Positions 1 through 9,602 of a DNA stretch of 53,942 nucleotides are shown here, in pieces. The translations under genes and the position numbers were made by a program. A model generated the notes under the pieces. That model was not told the DNA's origin. It saw only the letters and a list, made by a program, of their open reading frames with translations, and searched no databases. Position 1 is the stretch's first letter, and every line of letters begins with the position of its first letter. Origin of the DNA: an uncultured Micavibrio sp. (GTDB taxonomy: Bacteria; Pseudomonadota; Alphaproteobacteria; Micavibrionales; UBA1664); contig CAYGLI010000005.1 in assembly GCA_964350795.1 (NCBI GenBank), positions 1 through 53,942 of the forward strand, in the 5' to 3' direction.

Positions 1-156
1 ACATTACGATTTTTGATTGAGGATAATAAGGATTTATCAATGGCGCATTTGGCGTTGGTTAGCGCGGTTAAAACCACAATTGCATCGGCACTTGACGTTA
101 TTGGCGTTGAACCTCTCAATGAATTGCGCGGTGATTTAAAGGATGAGGCGGCGTAA
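1..156 (+). CDS. argS: Arginine--tRNA ligase, C-terminal fragment (truncated by window edge)
   Basis: Frame 1 reads TLRFLIEDNKDLSMAHLALVSAVKTTIASALDVIGVEPLNELR...*, like the DALR anticodon-binding end of ArgS; argS normally precedes the SPOR-nagZ-scpAB cluster. Confidence 0.85.
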   Translation, partial: TLRFLIEDNKDLSMAHLALVSAVKTTIASALDVIGVEPLNELRGDLKDEAA

Positions 157-218
157 TTTCTGTGGCTATTCATTAAAAAAGAATAGCGTCCTCCAGGTGA
201 CTCGCATAATCATATAGC

Positions 219-1175
219 ATGGCCAGAACACTTCCAATCAGATTGAGAACAATTGCCGCCGCGGTTGTCGTCATCGCCAGCGGTTTAATTATATGGAATG
301 CTTATCAATCCATTATTGGGTCAAGCGATGTGACCAATGCAACCTTGCCAATTATTAAGGCCGACACCGAACCATTCCGCGTTTTGCCTGATAATCCAGG
401 TGGGGCGGAGATTCCAAATCAGGGCAGCACACTTTACAATGTTTTGAAATCTGAAAATGCCGATGAAATGGCGTTGGACGGCGTAAATATCCCCGCCAGT
501 GATGAAAAAGAACCCATCACAATATTTGAAGACGCGCCCACAATGACAACGGGATTTGAATTGCCAGAAATCCCTGAAAAACGGACAGAGAGCCTGTACG
601 GTGTTTTGGCGGAATTAGAGCAAAAATCAGAAGTGGCCGATGTCCAAGAAATAGACATTGTCGAAATGGCTGGTGAAGAAAAAACAGAATTAAAAGAAAA
701 ATTAAAGGCCGCGATTGAGAAGGTTGAGGAAAAATTGCCTGAGCCTTTAATTCCTAATGAGGTGTCAAAACCACAAGTCACAACACAAGAAGAGAGTGAC
801 AAAAATGTTATAATCGTTGTAAAGCCCTCAAAAAAACCACCTTATACAAAATCTGTTCAAAAGACAGCGCCCGCAAAAAAAGAATTTTCATTGGATGCTG
901 TTTTGTCAACACCACCGACCAAGGAACGCCATTACATTCAATTGGCCAGTTTAAGGGGCGAAGAATTGGCGCGCACAACCTACGCCAAAATCCGTGATAA
1001 TTTCCCGAGGTTGGTTGAGGGATTGAGCGTATCCTTCCCTCAGGTTGATTTGGGTGCACGCGGTATATTTACCCGTATTCAAATCGGCCCAATGGACGCC
1101 GCCGAGGCAAGATCACGATGCGCCCAATACACAACCTCACCAAAGGGAGGCACGTGCCTTGTTATTTCACGTTAG
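219..1175 (+). CDS. SPOR-domain cell division protein (FtsN-like)
   Basis: N-terminal TM, PIIKADTEPFRVLPDNPGG motif, long linker, C-terminal SPOR (YIQLAS...GIFTRIQIGP...C..C). Confidence 0.85.
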   Translation: MARTLPIRLRTIAAAVVVIASGLIIWNAYQSIIGSSDVTNATLPIIKADTEPFRVLPDNPGGAEIPNQGSTLYNVLKSENADEMALDGVNIPASDEKEPITIFEDAPTMTTGFELPEIPEKRTESLYGVLAELEQKSEVADVQEIDIVEMAGEEKTELKEKLKAAIEKVEEKLPEPLIPNEVSKPQVTTQEESDKNVIIVVKPSKKPPYTKSVQKTAPAKKEFSLDAVLSTPPTKERHYIQLASLRGEELARTTYAKIRDNFPRLVEGLSVSFPQVDLGARGIFTRIQIGPMDAAEARSRCAQYTTSPKGGTCLVISR

Positions 1176-1184
1176 AGGTGCAAT

Positions 1185-1736
1185 ATGATTTTCGATCACT
1201 CACATATTAACCCTATGTCTTGGGATGAGTTTGATAGAATTATTGATGGCATAGTTCGCAAAATAAAAGATATTGGCATTCAATATGATGCGGTAGCACC
1301 AATTTTGCGTAGTGGTGGAATTCCTGCAATGATGATAGCGAACAAGTTGAAAATCATCCCAACGATTCCAATTCAGGTGAAATATAAATATAATCCTACA
1401 GTTGTGGAAACGTTAATCGATCCTCAATGCCCAAACAATAAAGACCCTGGTGAGATGAAAAATATTTTGGTTGTGGATGCCAATACAGGATCTGGGCGAT
1501 CTGCCGAATTGGTTGCATCCCTTTTAAAGCAGAACTTTCCTGATTCAAAATTGTGTTTTGCGACAGTTACAAAGGTCTATAAAAAAGAAAATATTGTCCG
1601 TGGTTACGATGCCTCTATATATGGTCGCGTTACGAATGAAGATTTTTTAGACAATGCACCTGATGACGCGCGCTATGGTATTACAATTTTTCCTTGGGAA
1701 AACCCAGACGCAGAATTGGCGGATATAAATGCATAG
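1185..1736 (+). CDS. Type I phosphoribosyltransferase family protein
   Basis: ILRSGG, PRPP loop ILVVDANTGSGRS, terminal IFPWE. Confidence 0.8.
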   Translation: MIFDHSHINPMSWDEFDRIIDGIVRKIKDIGIQYDAVAPILRSGGIPAMMIANKLKIIPTIPIQVKYKYNPTVVETLIDPQCPNNKDPGEMKNILVVDANTGSGRSAELVASLLKQNFPDSKLCFATVTKVYKKENIVRGYDASIYGRVTNEDFLDNAPDDARYGITIFPWENPDAELADINA

Positions 1737-2601
1737 AGTGGGAACGAAAAAACCAGTCATGTTAACACCCTTGGGCGCGGTATTAAGTGAGGATGAAAAA
1801 GACCTTTATGCCAAACACAAACCATATGGGTTTTGTTTGTTTGGAAAACATTGTGAAAACCCAGACCAATTACAAAAATTATGCGCCGACCTGCGTGCCT
1901 GTGCGGGCGCGGATGTTGTGATTTCAATTGACCAAGAGGGCGGACGCGTGGCGCGGATGCGTGAACCTGAATGGACTAATTTCCCTGCGGCTGCCAACAT
2001 GGATGATGTCTATCAAACCTATTTTGACCTTGGGAAAATGTTGCACGCCAACGGTATCACCATGAATTTCGCGCCATGTTTGGATGTTGTGCCAGATGGC
2101 GGAAAATGCGATGCGATAGGAGATAGATGTTTTTCATCTGACCCTAAAATCGCGGGTGAAAAGGGGGTGGATTCTATTCGCGGATTGTTAGACGCAGGTA
2201 TAACCCCCGTCATCAAACACATGCCCGGCCATGGTCGCGCGGAAGAGGACAGTCATTATTTTTTACCTGTCGTTAAGGCAACCGCCGAAGAATTACAAAA
2301 CGACCTCATCCCATTTAAAATGAATGCGGACAACAAACATGGCATGACATGCCACGTGATTTACGAGGCATGGGACGCGCACCATCCCGCGACATTATCC
2401 AAAACCATAATTCAAAATATCATCCGTGATGAAATCGGATTTAAAGGATTGTTATTCTCCGATGATTTGGCGATGAAGGCTCTTGATCGTTACGGCGATA
2501 TGGTCGCGCGTGTTAAGTTATGTTTGGACGCAGGATGCGATATTGCCCTTCCGTGTCACACAACATTGGACGAAAGCCGTATGATTTTAGAGTCACTTTA
2601 A
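1729..2601 (+). CDS. nagZ: Beta-N-acetylhexosaminidase (GH3)
   Basis: IDQEGGRV, KHMPGHG, DSH and SDDLAM motifs; conserved position. Confidence 0.92.
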   Translation: MHRVGTKKPVMLTPLGAVLSEDEKDLYAKHKPYGFCLFGKHCENPDQLQKLCADLRACAGADVVISIDQEGGRVARMREPEWTNFPAAANMDDVYQTYFDLGKMLHANGITMNFAPCLDVVPDGGKCDAIGDRCFSSDPKIAGEKGVDSIRGLLDAGITPVIKHMPGHGRAEEDSHYFLPVVKATAEELQNDLIPFKMNADNKHGMTCHVIYEAWDAHHPATLSKTIIQNIIRDEIGFKGLLFSDDLAMKALDRYGDMVARVKLCLDAGCDIALPCHTTLDESRMILESL

Positions 2602-3378
2602 AAAAGGCTTTGTCCAGAAATTGGCAAGACCGATATAACGAATAAGAAAAATGTAGAACGAAGCAATACAAGCAATATATAGTCCATGAAAAAAGATAAA
2701 TAGGATGAATAAGTCACTCCATTTAAATTTTTCGAAATAAGCATTTATTGTTTCTGCTACAAAATCAAAATAAGATTTAGTTAAAAAATCACGGCCACTA
2801 TCAATCTCTTTGAAAACAAAATAAATTAAAAAGGCATAAAAAATATAAAGAAACGTACCAACTATAAAAATAAAATATGGTTTTATAGTTTTGTATTTTG
2901 AGTGTGTTTTTGAAATAATATGTTTGCAAATTTGATGGCAAAAATAGAAGGCATAAGCTTGGTTCGCAAACATAAAGTAGACGGTTAATAAGGAGAGAAA
3001 GCTCGATCGGGGTCGCGTGGCGTAGCTTGTAAGTAATGAAAAAATTATCATTATAATAAAAATAAAAGTGAACATAATGTAAAGTAGCTTTTGTGCCGTT
3101 ATAATTTTCGTCTCTTTCTCCATTGTTTTTTTGTTTTTACGAACATAGAGTATATGCGTGATTGTGGATGATATTATCGGGCTTAAGGGTATCAAACAGA
3201 TACAAAACAGAGCGATATACATTGAATAGTCTGACCGACTATTTAAAATGAAAAGTGGACTTATTCCGAGGCATAATATTCCAGTAATTATTAGAATAAA
3301 TATAATAACAAATGATTTAATTGTCATGATTGTTTCCTTAAGAAAATAGTTTAACACAGAGTTCTGTATGTTCTTCAT
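2593..3378 (-). CDS. Hypothetical multi-pass membrane protein (start may be downstream, MTIKSF)
   Basis: Long, very AT-rich ORF with ~6 hydrophobic segments; no recognised family. Confidence 0.6.
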   Translation of the reverse strand: MKNIQNSVLNYFLKETIMTIKSFVIIFILIITGILCLGISPLFILNSRSDYSMYIALFCICLIPLSPIISSTITHILYVRKNKKTMEKETKIITAQKLLYIMFTFIFIIMIIFSLLTSYATRPRSSFLSLLTVYFMFANQAYAFYFCHQICKHIISKTHSKYKTIKPYFIFIVGTFLYIFYAFLIYFVFKEIDSGRDFLTKSYFDFVAETINAYFEKFKWSDLFILFIFFHGLYIACIASFYIFLIRYIGLANFWTKPFLK

Positions 3379-3442
3379 AAAAACATGGATTACAGGTGTT
3401 TTGCTATCGCAAAAACCTGTAATGACGTGCTATTAGTGAATA

Positions 3443-4249
3443 ATGGAATTCCAAGAAGATAATCCTGCCTTGCCACAGGCTTTGAACCCCGAAGACCTCA
3501 TGCTCAATCTCGATGGGTATGAAGGGCCGATTGATTTGCTTTTGACGCTTGCCCGTGATCAGAAGGTGGATTTAGCGAAATTATCAATTTTGCAATTGGC
3601 GGTTCAATATCTGAATTTCATTGATCGTGCGAAAAATCTTAAATTGGAAATCGCCGCCGATTATTTGGTGATGGCGGCGTGGTTGGCGTATTTGAAATCC
3701 AAATTGCTTGTGCCATCCACTGATGATGAAGCGGAAGAAGAATTATCGGGTGAGGCATTGGCGGATGCGCTGGCCTATCAATTAAAACGTCTTGAGGGCA
3801 TGCAACAGGCGGCGGGGTGGTTGTTTGACCTGCCACAAATGGGGCGCGATATTTTTGCGCGCGGTGCGCCTGATAATGCCGATATTGTCACCAAACCAAT
3901 TTGGACGGCAGATTTATATGATGTCCTCTCCGCTTATGGCTCTATCGCACGTCGTCAAGAGGCCGCGCACTACACACCCAAAACATGGGAATTAATGTCC
4001 ACGGATGAGGCGTATAAACGCTTGTCGGTCATGTTAGGGAAATTGCCACGCAAAGATGGACAGAGCGTGTGGGCGGTGTTGGATAGTTTTTTGCCAGAGG
4101 ATTTAACCGATGCCCTGATGCAAAAATCATCCAAGGCATCGATGTTCACATCCGCATTGGAAATGGCAAAACAAGGCAACGTGGATATCCGCCAAGACGG
4201 CCTTTTCAAACCCGTTTATATCAGGCAAAAAGAGAGTGAAGAGGATTAA
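3443..4249 (+). CDS. scpA: Segregation and condensation protein A
   Basis: YEGPIDLLLTLARDQKVDL, AADYLVMAAWLAYLKS. Confidence 0.95.
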   Translation: MEFQEDNPALPQALNPEDLMLNLDGYEGPIDLLLTLARDQKVDLAKLSILQLAVQYLNFIDRAKNLKLEIAADYLVMAAWLAYLKSKLLVPSTDDEAEEELSGEALADALAYQLKRLEGMQQAAGWLFDLPQMGRDIFARGAPDNADIVTKPIWTADLYDVLSAYGSIARRQEAAHYTPKTWELMSTDEAYKRLSVMLGKLPRKDGQSVWAVLDSFLPEDLTDALMQKSSKASMFTSALEMAKQGNVDIRQDGLFKPVYIRQKESEED

Positions 4250-4251
4250 AT

Positions 4252-4345
4252 GGTTTCACACGGAGGTCACAAAGAAAACACAGAGGTCACGGGGAATAAT
4301 ATTTTTTGTGACCTCCGTGAATCCCCTGTGTTCTCAGTGTGAACC
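4252..4345. repeat. Palindromic element, family C (CACAGAG...CTCTGTG arms)
   Basis: Left arm TTTCACACGGAGGTCACAAAGAAAACACAGAGGTCAC pairs imperfectly with right arm GTGACCTCCGTGAATCCCCTGTGTTCTCAGTGTGAA. Confidence 0.8.
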
Positions 4346-4360
4346 AAGAAAAATAAAAAT

Positions 4361-4960
4361 ATGAATAACGATATACGATTATTAGAAGCCCTTATTTTTG
4401 CATCCGACAAACCGTTGCAGGTGTCGGAGATGATGCAATGGTTTCCAAGCATGCAGGACGTGGAAATTCATGCGACGCTCAAATCCTTAAAACAGGATTA
4501 CGCAGGGCGTGGGATGGAATTACATGATAATGGCGGGTTTTGGTCATTCAAAACCGCCGCCGATTTGGGTGAGGCATTGAATATGGAGGTCGAGGTTGAA
4601 CGCAAATTATCCCGTGCCGCCATGGAAACGCTCGCCATTATTGCCTATCACCAACCATTAACGCGTGCAGAGATTGAAAATATTCGCGGTGTCGCAACGG
4701 GGCGTGGGACATTGGATATTTTAATCGAAAGCGGTTGGGTGAAACCCGGACGTCGTCGTGAAACGCCTGGGCGTCCGCTCACTTGGGTGACAACATCACA
4801 ATTTTTGTCTCATTTTGGCCTTGAAACTATTACTGACCTCCCTGGAATTGATGATTTGAAATCCGCAGGATTGTTGGATCGTAAACCCGCGGTGCAGGTT
4901 ACGCCTTTGTCTGGAGAATTGTTTGATGAAGGCGATGAAGAAAATGAACTACAGAGATAA
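4361..4960 (+). CDS. scpB: Segregation and condensation protein B
   Basis: LEALIFAS, LSRAAMETLAIIAYHQPLTRAEIENIRGV, TPGRP. Confidence 0.95.
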   Translation: MNNDIRLLEALIFASDKPLQVSEMMQWFPSMQDVEIHATLKSLKQDYAGRGMELHDNGGFWSFKTAADLGEALNMEVEVERKLSRAAMETLAIIAYHQPLTRAEIENIRGVATGRGTLDILIESGWVKPGRRRETPGRPLTWVTTSQFLSHFGLETITDLPGIDDLKSAGLLDRKPAVQVTPLSGELFDEGDEENELQR

Positions 4961-5021
4961 ACAGAGGAACACAGAGGGGTAAATATAAAAAACTCTGTAT
5001 CCCTCTGTCTTACTCTGTAGT
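4948..5021. repeat. Palindromic element, family C, overlapping the scpB stop
   Basis: ACTACAGAG..ACAGAG..ACAGAG / CTCTGT..CTCTGT..CTCTGTAGT. Confidence 0.8.
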
Positions 5022-5051
5022 AAAATTAAAAAAAATATAAAGGAAAATCTT

Positions 5052-5225
5052 ATGTCTCTTGGAATTTGGCAAATATTATTAATCGTTGTTTTGGTGTTGT
5101 TGTTATTTGGCGCGGGGAAGTTACCATCCGTCATGGGTGACCTTGCAAAGGGCGTAAAGAATTTTAAAAAAGGTCTGGATGATGATAGCGACGAAAAATC
5201 ATCCGATGACAAAAAGGAAAAATAG
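5052..5225 (+). CDS. tatA: Twin-arginine translocase TatA/TatE (57 aa, absent from the ORF track)
   Basis: [42 protein letters not shown]...; AAGGA RBS; directly upstream of tatB-tatC. Confidence 0.95.
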   Translation: MSLGIWQILLIVVLVLLLFGAGKLPSVMGDLAKGVKNFKKGLDDDSDEKSSDDKKEK

Positions 5226-5241
5226 ATGTGTGATAACACGC

Positions 5242-5303
5242 CGTCATTGCACGGCTTGTCCGTGCAATCTATTTCTGGATTACACGCACGGGGGCGTGTA
5301 ACG
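5242..5303. repeat. Palindromic element, family A (GTCAT... double hairpin)
   Basis: CGTCATTGCACGGCTTGTCCGTGCAATC ... GATTACACGCACGGGGGCGTGTAACG. Confidence 0.75.
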
Positions 5304-5304
5304 A

Positions 5305-5679
5305 GTGTTTGATTTTGGCTGGGCCGAAATATTAATTATTGGGGCGATTGCATTATTTGTAATCGGGCCACAAGATATCCCAAAAATTGCCTACCAAGTC
5401 GGTAAATTTTTCCGCCGTATCAAATATATGCAATATGCCATCACGGGGCAATTCGACGATTTCATGAAATCCGCCGAAGGCAAGGAAGAGAAGTCTAAGC
5501 CATCCAAAGAAGAATTAGATCACGACCCCATGGACGAGGCCGAAGCAGACGCGGAGTTGTTGGAAATGATGCCGTTGCCAGAAAATCAAACATCGTCATC
5601 CTCCGACTTGATCGGGGGATCTTCTCAATCCAGGGATCCTTTGGTCAAGCCAAAGGATGACGGTGAGGGTGCGAAATGA
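5305..5679 (+). CDS. tatB: Twin-arginine translocase TatB
   Basis: [26 protein letters not shown]. Confidence 0.92.
   Translation: MFDFGWAEILIIGAIALFVIGPQDIPKIAYQVGKFFRRIKYMQYAITGQFDDFMKSAEGKEEKSKPSKEELDHDPMDEAEADAELLEMMPLPENQTSSSSDLIGGSSQSRDPLVKPKDDGEGAK
5594..5662. repeat. Family A palindromic element inside the tatB 3' coding region
   Basis: CGTCATCCTCCGACTTGATCGGGGGATC...GATCCTTTGGTCAAGCCAAAGGATGACG, read as [22 protein letters not shown]. Confidence 0.85.
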
Positions 5680-6440
5680 ACCAAGAAACCTTATCCCACA
5701 TCGCTGAACTCCGCACGCGACTCATGATATGCACGGGGTTTATTCTTGTATTGATGGTGGGGGCGTATCAATTTTCGGATCAAATTTTATCTTTCCTTAT
5801 TCAACCGCTTGCGGATGTTATGGGCGAGGAAAGTACGAAACGCCTGATTTTCACAACCTTGACCGAGGCATTTTTGACCAATATTAAATTGGCTTTCTAC
5901 ACCGCGATGTTTATTGGATTACCGATTATTTTAACACAAGTATGGTTGTTCGTTGCGCCGGGGTTGTATGACCAAGAAAAGGGCGCGTTTATGCTATTTT
6001 TTATGGCGACACCTGTCCTGTTTCTGGCGGGTGCGGCGATGGTGTATTACGTGATTATGCCCACGGCTTGGGGGTTCTTCCTTGGGTTTCAAACCAGCGG
6101 TGATGAAACGATTTTACCGATTCAGTTAGAGGCCCGCATGGCCGATTACTTGTCTCTGATTATCACGCTTATATTTGCGTTTGGGATTTGTTTTCAATTG
6201 CCCGTGTTGTTGACATTGTTAGGGCGCGCAGGGATTGTGACCGCCGATCAATTGGCCTCAAAACGAAAATATATGATCATTGCCGCCTTTGCCGTTGGTG
6301 CCTTTTTAACACCACCTGATGTTATTTCGCAGGTGTTATTAGCATTACCGATTGCGGTTTTATATGAGGTTTCGATTGTTCTGATAAGAATGACGGCGAA
6401 GGAAAAGGCTCTACCACGAAGTAGCGAAGAAGCGAAGTAG
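5676..6440 (+). CDS. tatC: Twin-arginine translocase TatC
   Basis: [38 protein letters not shown]. Confidence 0.96.
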   Translation: MNQETLSHIAELRTRLMICTGFILVLMVGAYQFSDQILSFLIQPLADVMGEESTKRLIFTTLTEAFLTNIKLAFYTAMFIGLPIILTQVWLFVAPGLYDQEKGAFMLFFMATPVLFLAGAAMVYYVIMPTAWGFFLGFQTSGDETILPIQLEARMADYLSLIITLIFAFGICFQLPVLLTLLGRAGIVTADQLASKRKYMIIAAFAVGAFLTPPDVISQVLLALPIAVLYEVSIVLIRMTAKEKALPRSSEEAK

Positions 6441-6460
6441 TCGCGAAGTTTCCTATTATT

Positions 6461-6527
6461 GTCTTCCCCGCCCACGTGCGGGGATCCTGATCCCCTTACA
6501 ATTTGCTATGCAAATTCAGGGGATGAC
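6461..6527. repeat. Family A palindromic element between convergent tatC and ispB (may also act as terminator)
   Basis: GTCTTCCCCGCCCACGTGCGGGGATC..GATCCCCTTACAATTTGCTATGCAAATTCAGGGGATGAC. Confidence 0.8.
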
Positions 6528-6539
6528 GAAATAGGGTTT

Positions 6540-7535
6540 TTAAATAACACGATTTAAAATTGATTGTGGTAATTCGATCAAATTATCCAATATACATCCT
6601 GAAACAAGTTCAGGGTGACTGCTTAGAGCGTCACTCGCTTGGTTTGAATAATCCTGCGCGATTTTGATTGAGGTATTAAATCCATCGTATTTTTTGATGA
6701 TGTCCATAAATTGATCAAGTGTGTCCAATGACGGATTGGCGATGGATTTTATGATAAAGTCCCTATCCTCATCACTCGCGTTTTCCAATGCGATAATGAC
6801 GGGCAATGTAATTTTACCCTCCATGAAATCGTCGCCCTTGTTCTTGCCCATTTTGGGGGAGGTGTAATCCATGACGTCGTCAACGATTTGAAACGCCATG
6901 CCCAACCCATGCCCATAGGTCGTAAATGGTGTTGGATCGATATTTTTTAGGATGGGCGCAACCTCGCATGCGGCGGAAAAAAGCGCGGCGGTTTTGGCCT
7001 CAATAACCTTGAAATATTGATCGCGTGTGATGGATGTTTCGCCAATGAGGGACATTTGCAACACTTCACCTTCGGTTATAACCGATGATGCTTTTGCCAA
7101 TGAATTCAATGCACTTAAACTGTTTGTTTCAACCATTAGCTCAAACGCGCGGGCGAATAAGAAATCACCAACAAGGACACTGGCCTGATTACCAAAAACG
7201 GCATTGGCGGTGTCTTGTCCTCGGCGTTGATCTGACCCATCGACGACATCATCATGCAATAATGTGGCGGTATGGATGAACTCAACAGCCGCCGCCAACT
7301 TCTTTGGGTTGTCGCTTTCATCATTGCATAGAGATGCACATGCAAGGGTGAGAAGGGGGCGAATACGTTTTCCACCTGCGGCAATTAAATATCCCGCCAA
7401 TTGCGGAATCATCGGCACATGCGATTCCATGCGATTAAGAATAATGCCATTCACATCCGTCATGTCACCGTGCAATTGCGTACCCAAATTTTCGATGGGG
7501 GATTGGGTGTCATGGTGTTTTGCGAGATTATTCAT
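6540..7535 (-). CDS. ispB: Octaprenyl/decaprenyl diphosphate synthase
   Basis: GGKRIRP, LLHDDVVD, FQIVDD, GKITLP. Confidence 0.9.
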   Translation of the reverse strand: MNNLAKHHDTQSPIENLGTQLHGDMTDVNGIILNRMESHVPMIPQLAGYLIAAGGKRIRPLLTLACASLCNDESDNPKKLAAAVEFIHTATLLHDDVVDGSDQRRGQDTANAVFGNQASVLVGDFLFARAFELMVETNSLSALNSLAKASSVITEGEVLQMSLIGETSITRDQYFKVIEAKTAALFSAACEVAPILKNIDPTPFTTYGHGLGMAFQIVDDVMDYTSPKMGKNKGDDFMEGKITLPVIIALENASDEDRDFIIKSIANPSLDTLDQFMDIIKKYDGFNTSIKIAQDYSNQASDALSSHPELVSGCILDNLIELPQSILNRVI

Positions 7536-7577
7536 TAATCATGACTTTAAGGCGATTATATTCAAAAGCAATGAAAT

Positions 7578-7671
7578 TTTTCACCACAGAGATCACGAAG
7601 AACACAAAGGTTTCACAGAGATTTTTCTCTGTGATAAATCTCTGCGAACACTGTGCTCTCTGTGGTGAAAT
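7578..7671. repeat. Palindromic element, family C
   Basis: TTTCACCACAGAG...CACAGAG / CTCTGTG...CTCTGTGGTGAAA. Confidence 0.85.
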
Positions 7672-7724
7672 TTAAGTTTGATAATTTAACAATATTTTAT
7701 ATCGTTTTGTGTTAAGAAAAATAT

Positions 7725-8462
7725 ATGAATTGTGAACACACAACATTACTGGATGGGCGCGTGACGTTGATGCAATCAATAGACGGGTTGCGCGCCAGTA
7801 TGGATAGCGTGTTATTGGCATCCGCCGTAATGGCGCAACCAAATGAATCCATTTTGGATATGGGATGTGGAACGGGTTCTGTTGGGTTATGTGTGCATGC
7901 TCGCAATCCAGAAATTCAATTAAGTGGCATTGATATTCAATCGCAAATGATTGATTTGGCACAACAAAATGCAGTCGGAAATGATTTGAGTAACGCAAAT
8001 TATATTTGCGGGGATGTCGCGGATAAATCGATGTTTGACGCCGAAGCGTTCGATCACATTGTCATGAACCCACCCTATTATAAAGACGGAGAGCGCCAGG
8101 CCAGCCCAGATGGTGCACGTGAAACGGCCTATTCAGGGGATTTGGATGTATGGATGGCATCGGCACTCTATTGGGCGCGGCAGGGCGGTTCACTCACGCT
8201 TATTCATCGTGCGGATAAATTGGATGAGATATTGGCGTTGAGCCATAAAAAGTTTGGTGCGATAGAGGTGTGGCCGATTCATTCAAAGGCACATGATCCC
8301 GCCATCCGCGTCATCGTTAAAATGATCCGTAATCGTAAAACACCACTGACATTGCATCCGCCAATCATATTGTTTGATGATAATGGTGAGCCAAGCCAAC
8401 AATCGGATGCTATTTTACGACGAGCGCAGCCATTATCACCCCTCCCTGAGGGAGGGGATTAA
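7725..8462 (+). CDS. tRNA1(Val) A37 N6-methyltransferase-like SAM methyltransferase
   Basis: DSVLLAS, LDMGCGTG, NPPYY; divergent from ispB as in other alphaproteobacteria. Confidence 0.85.
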   Translation: MNCEHTTLLDGRVTLMQSIDGLRASMDSVLLASAVMAQPNESILDMGCGTGSVGLCVHARNPEIQLSGIDIQSQMIDLAQQNAVGNDLSNANYICGDVADKSMFDAEAFDHIVMNPPYYKDGERQASPDGARETAYSGDLDVWMASALYWARQGGSLTLIHRADKLDEILALSHKKFGAIEVWPIHSKAHDPAIRVIVKMIRNRKTPLTLHPPIILFDDNGEPSQQSDAILRRAQPLSPLPEGGD

Positions 8463-8535
8463 GGGGAGGGTTTATAATGCTTAATAAGAAACACCGTAAA
8501 CCCCCATCCTAGCCTTCCCCCTTAGGGGGAAGGGA
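8439..8535. repeat. Palindromic element, family B (CCCCTC...GAGGG), overlapping the methyltransferase stop
   Basis: CCCCTCCCTGAGGGAGGGG..GGGGAGGG ... CCCCCATCCTAGCCTTCCCCCTTAGGGGGAAGGG. Confidence 0.8.
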
Positions 8536-8576
8536 TTATGCTTTTTTTAATTTTCTAATGTGCTAAAAATATCTTC

Positions 8577-9461
8577 ATGAAAAACGAAATTAAATCAAAA
8601 CCATCTGTTATGCGCCAAATTGCAACGGGCGTATCGTCAATTCCACTGATCGGTAAGGCCGTTGAGATTAAGGATAAGGTCGCGGTGGTGCGCCTATCTG
8701 GCGTTATTGCCGATCAAGGGTCAAAGGGAGGCATTTCATGGCATCGTTATGTTGGTTTGATTGAAAAGGCATTTAATATCCCTGACGTGGACGAGGTATG
8801 TTTGGTGATTAATTCCCCCGGCGGGTCGCCCGCGCAATGCTCGCTTCTCTCAACATTGATCCGTGATTTGGCCAAGGAAAAAGACGTGCCTGTGACCGCC
8901 TTTGTCGAGGATGTCGCGGCATCGGGCGGATATTGGTTGGCGTGCGCCGCCGATCAAATTTATATTCAACAATCCTCCATCGTGGGTTCAATCGGCGTGA
9001 TTGCCGCGATGTTTGGGTTTGATAAGGCGATAAAACAATATGGCGTGGAACGTCGTGTGTATACCGCAGGCGACCAAAAATCATTCATGGACCCATTCCA
9101 ACCCGAAGACGACAAGGCGATTAAACGCCTAAAAGATATGCAATCGGAAATCCACAAAACATTCATTGATTGGGTAAAAACACGCCGTGGCGATAAATTA
9201 AAAGGCACGGCCAAAACATTGTTCGAGGGGCAAACCTATGTCGGTGAAACCGCCATTGAAAAAGGGTTAGCCGATGAAATTGGTGATGTCTGGACCGTCA
9301 TGCGCGCCAAACATGGGAAAAAGGTGAAATTCATTCCCGTTGAGCCAAATAAACCATTATTACAAAACCTTGACCCTGGTGTGTCGGCGTCAATACCATC
9401 TGCGGATGATATGATAACGGCATTGGAAAACCGCACGATGTGGAATCGTTGGGGGTTGTAG
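8577..9461 (+). CDS. S49 family peptidase (SppA/SohB-like)
   Basis: INSPGGS, AASGGYWLA, SIVGSIGV. Confidence 0.92.
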   Translation: MKNEIKSKPSVMRQIATGVSSIPLIGKAVEIKDKVAVVRLSGVIADQGSKGGISWHRYVGLIEKAFNIPDVDEVCLVINSPGGSPAQCSLLSTLIRDLAKEKDVPVTAFVEDVAASGGYWLACAADQIYIQQSSIVGSIGVIAAMFGFDKAIKQYGVERRVYTAGDQKSFMDPFQPEDDKAIKRLKDMQSEIHKTFIDWVKTRRGDKLKGTAKTLFEGQTYVGETAIEKGLADEIGDVWTVMRAKHGKKVKFIPVEPNKPLLQNLDPGVSASIPSADDMITALENRTMWNRWGL

Positions 9462-9490
9462 GGTTTTGAAAACGTTTAACCTCACTACCT

Positions 9491-9530
9491 TGTCATCCCC
9501 TGAATTTGCAACAGCAAATTGTAAGGGGAT
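9491..9530. repeat. Family A half element
   Basis: TGTCATCCCCTGAATTTGCAACAGCAAATTGTAAGGGGAT, near reverse complement of 6489-6527. Confidence 0.8.
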
Positions 9531-9567
9531 ATTTACCGTAATATCGCCGAATGGGATCAATAAATTT

Positions 9568-9599
9568 TTAAACCGCAGAGACGCAGAGGCGCAGAGATT
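9568..9599 (+). repeat. Family C left arm; inverted partner at 10507-10538
   Basis: TTAAACCGCAGAGACGCAGAGGCGCAGAGATT; 28/32 match to the reverse complement of 10507-10538. Confidence 0.85.
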
Positions 9600-9602
9600 C
9601 AT

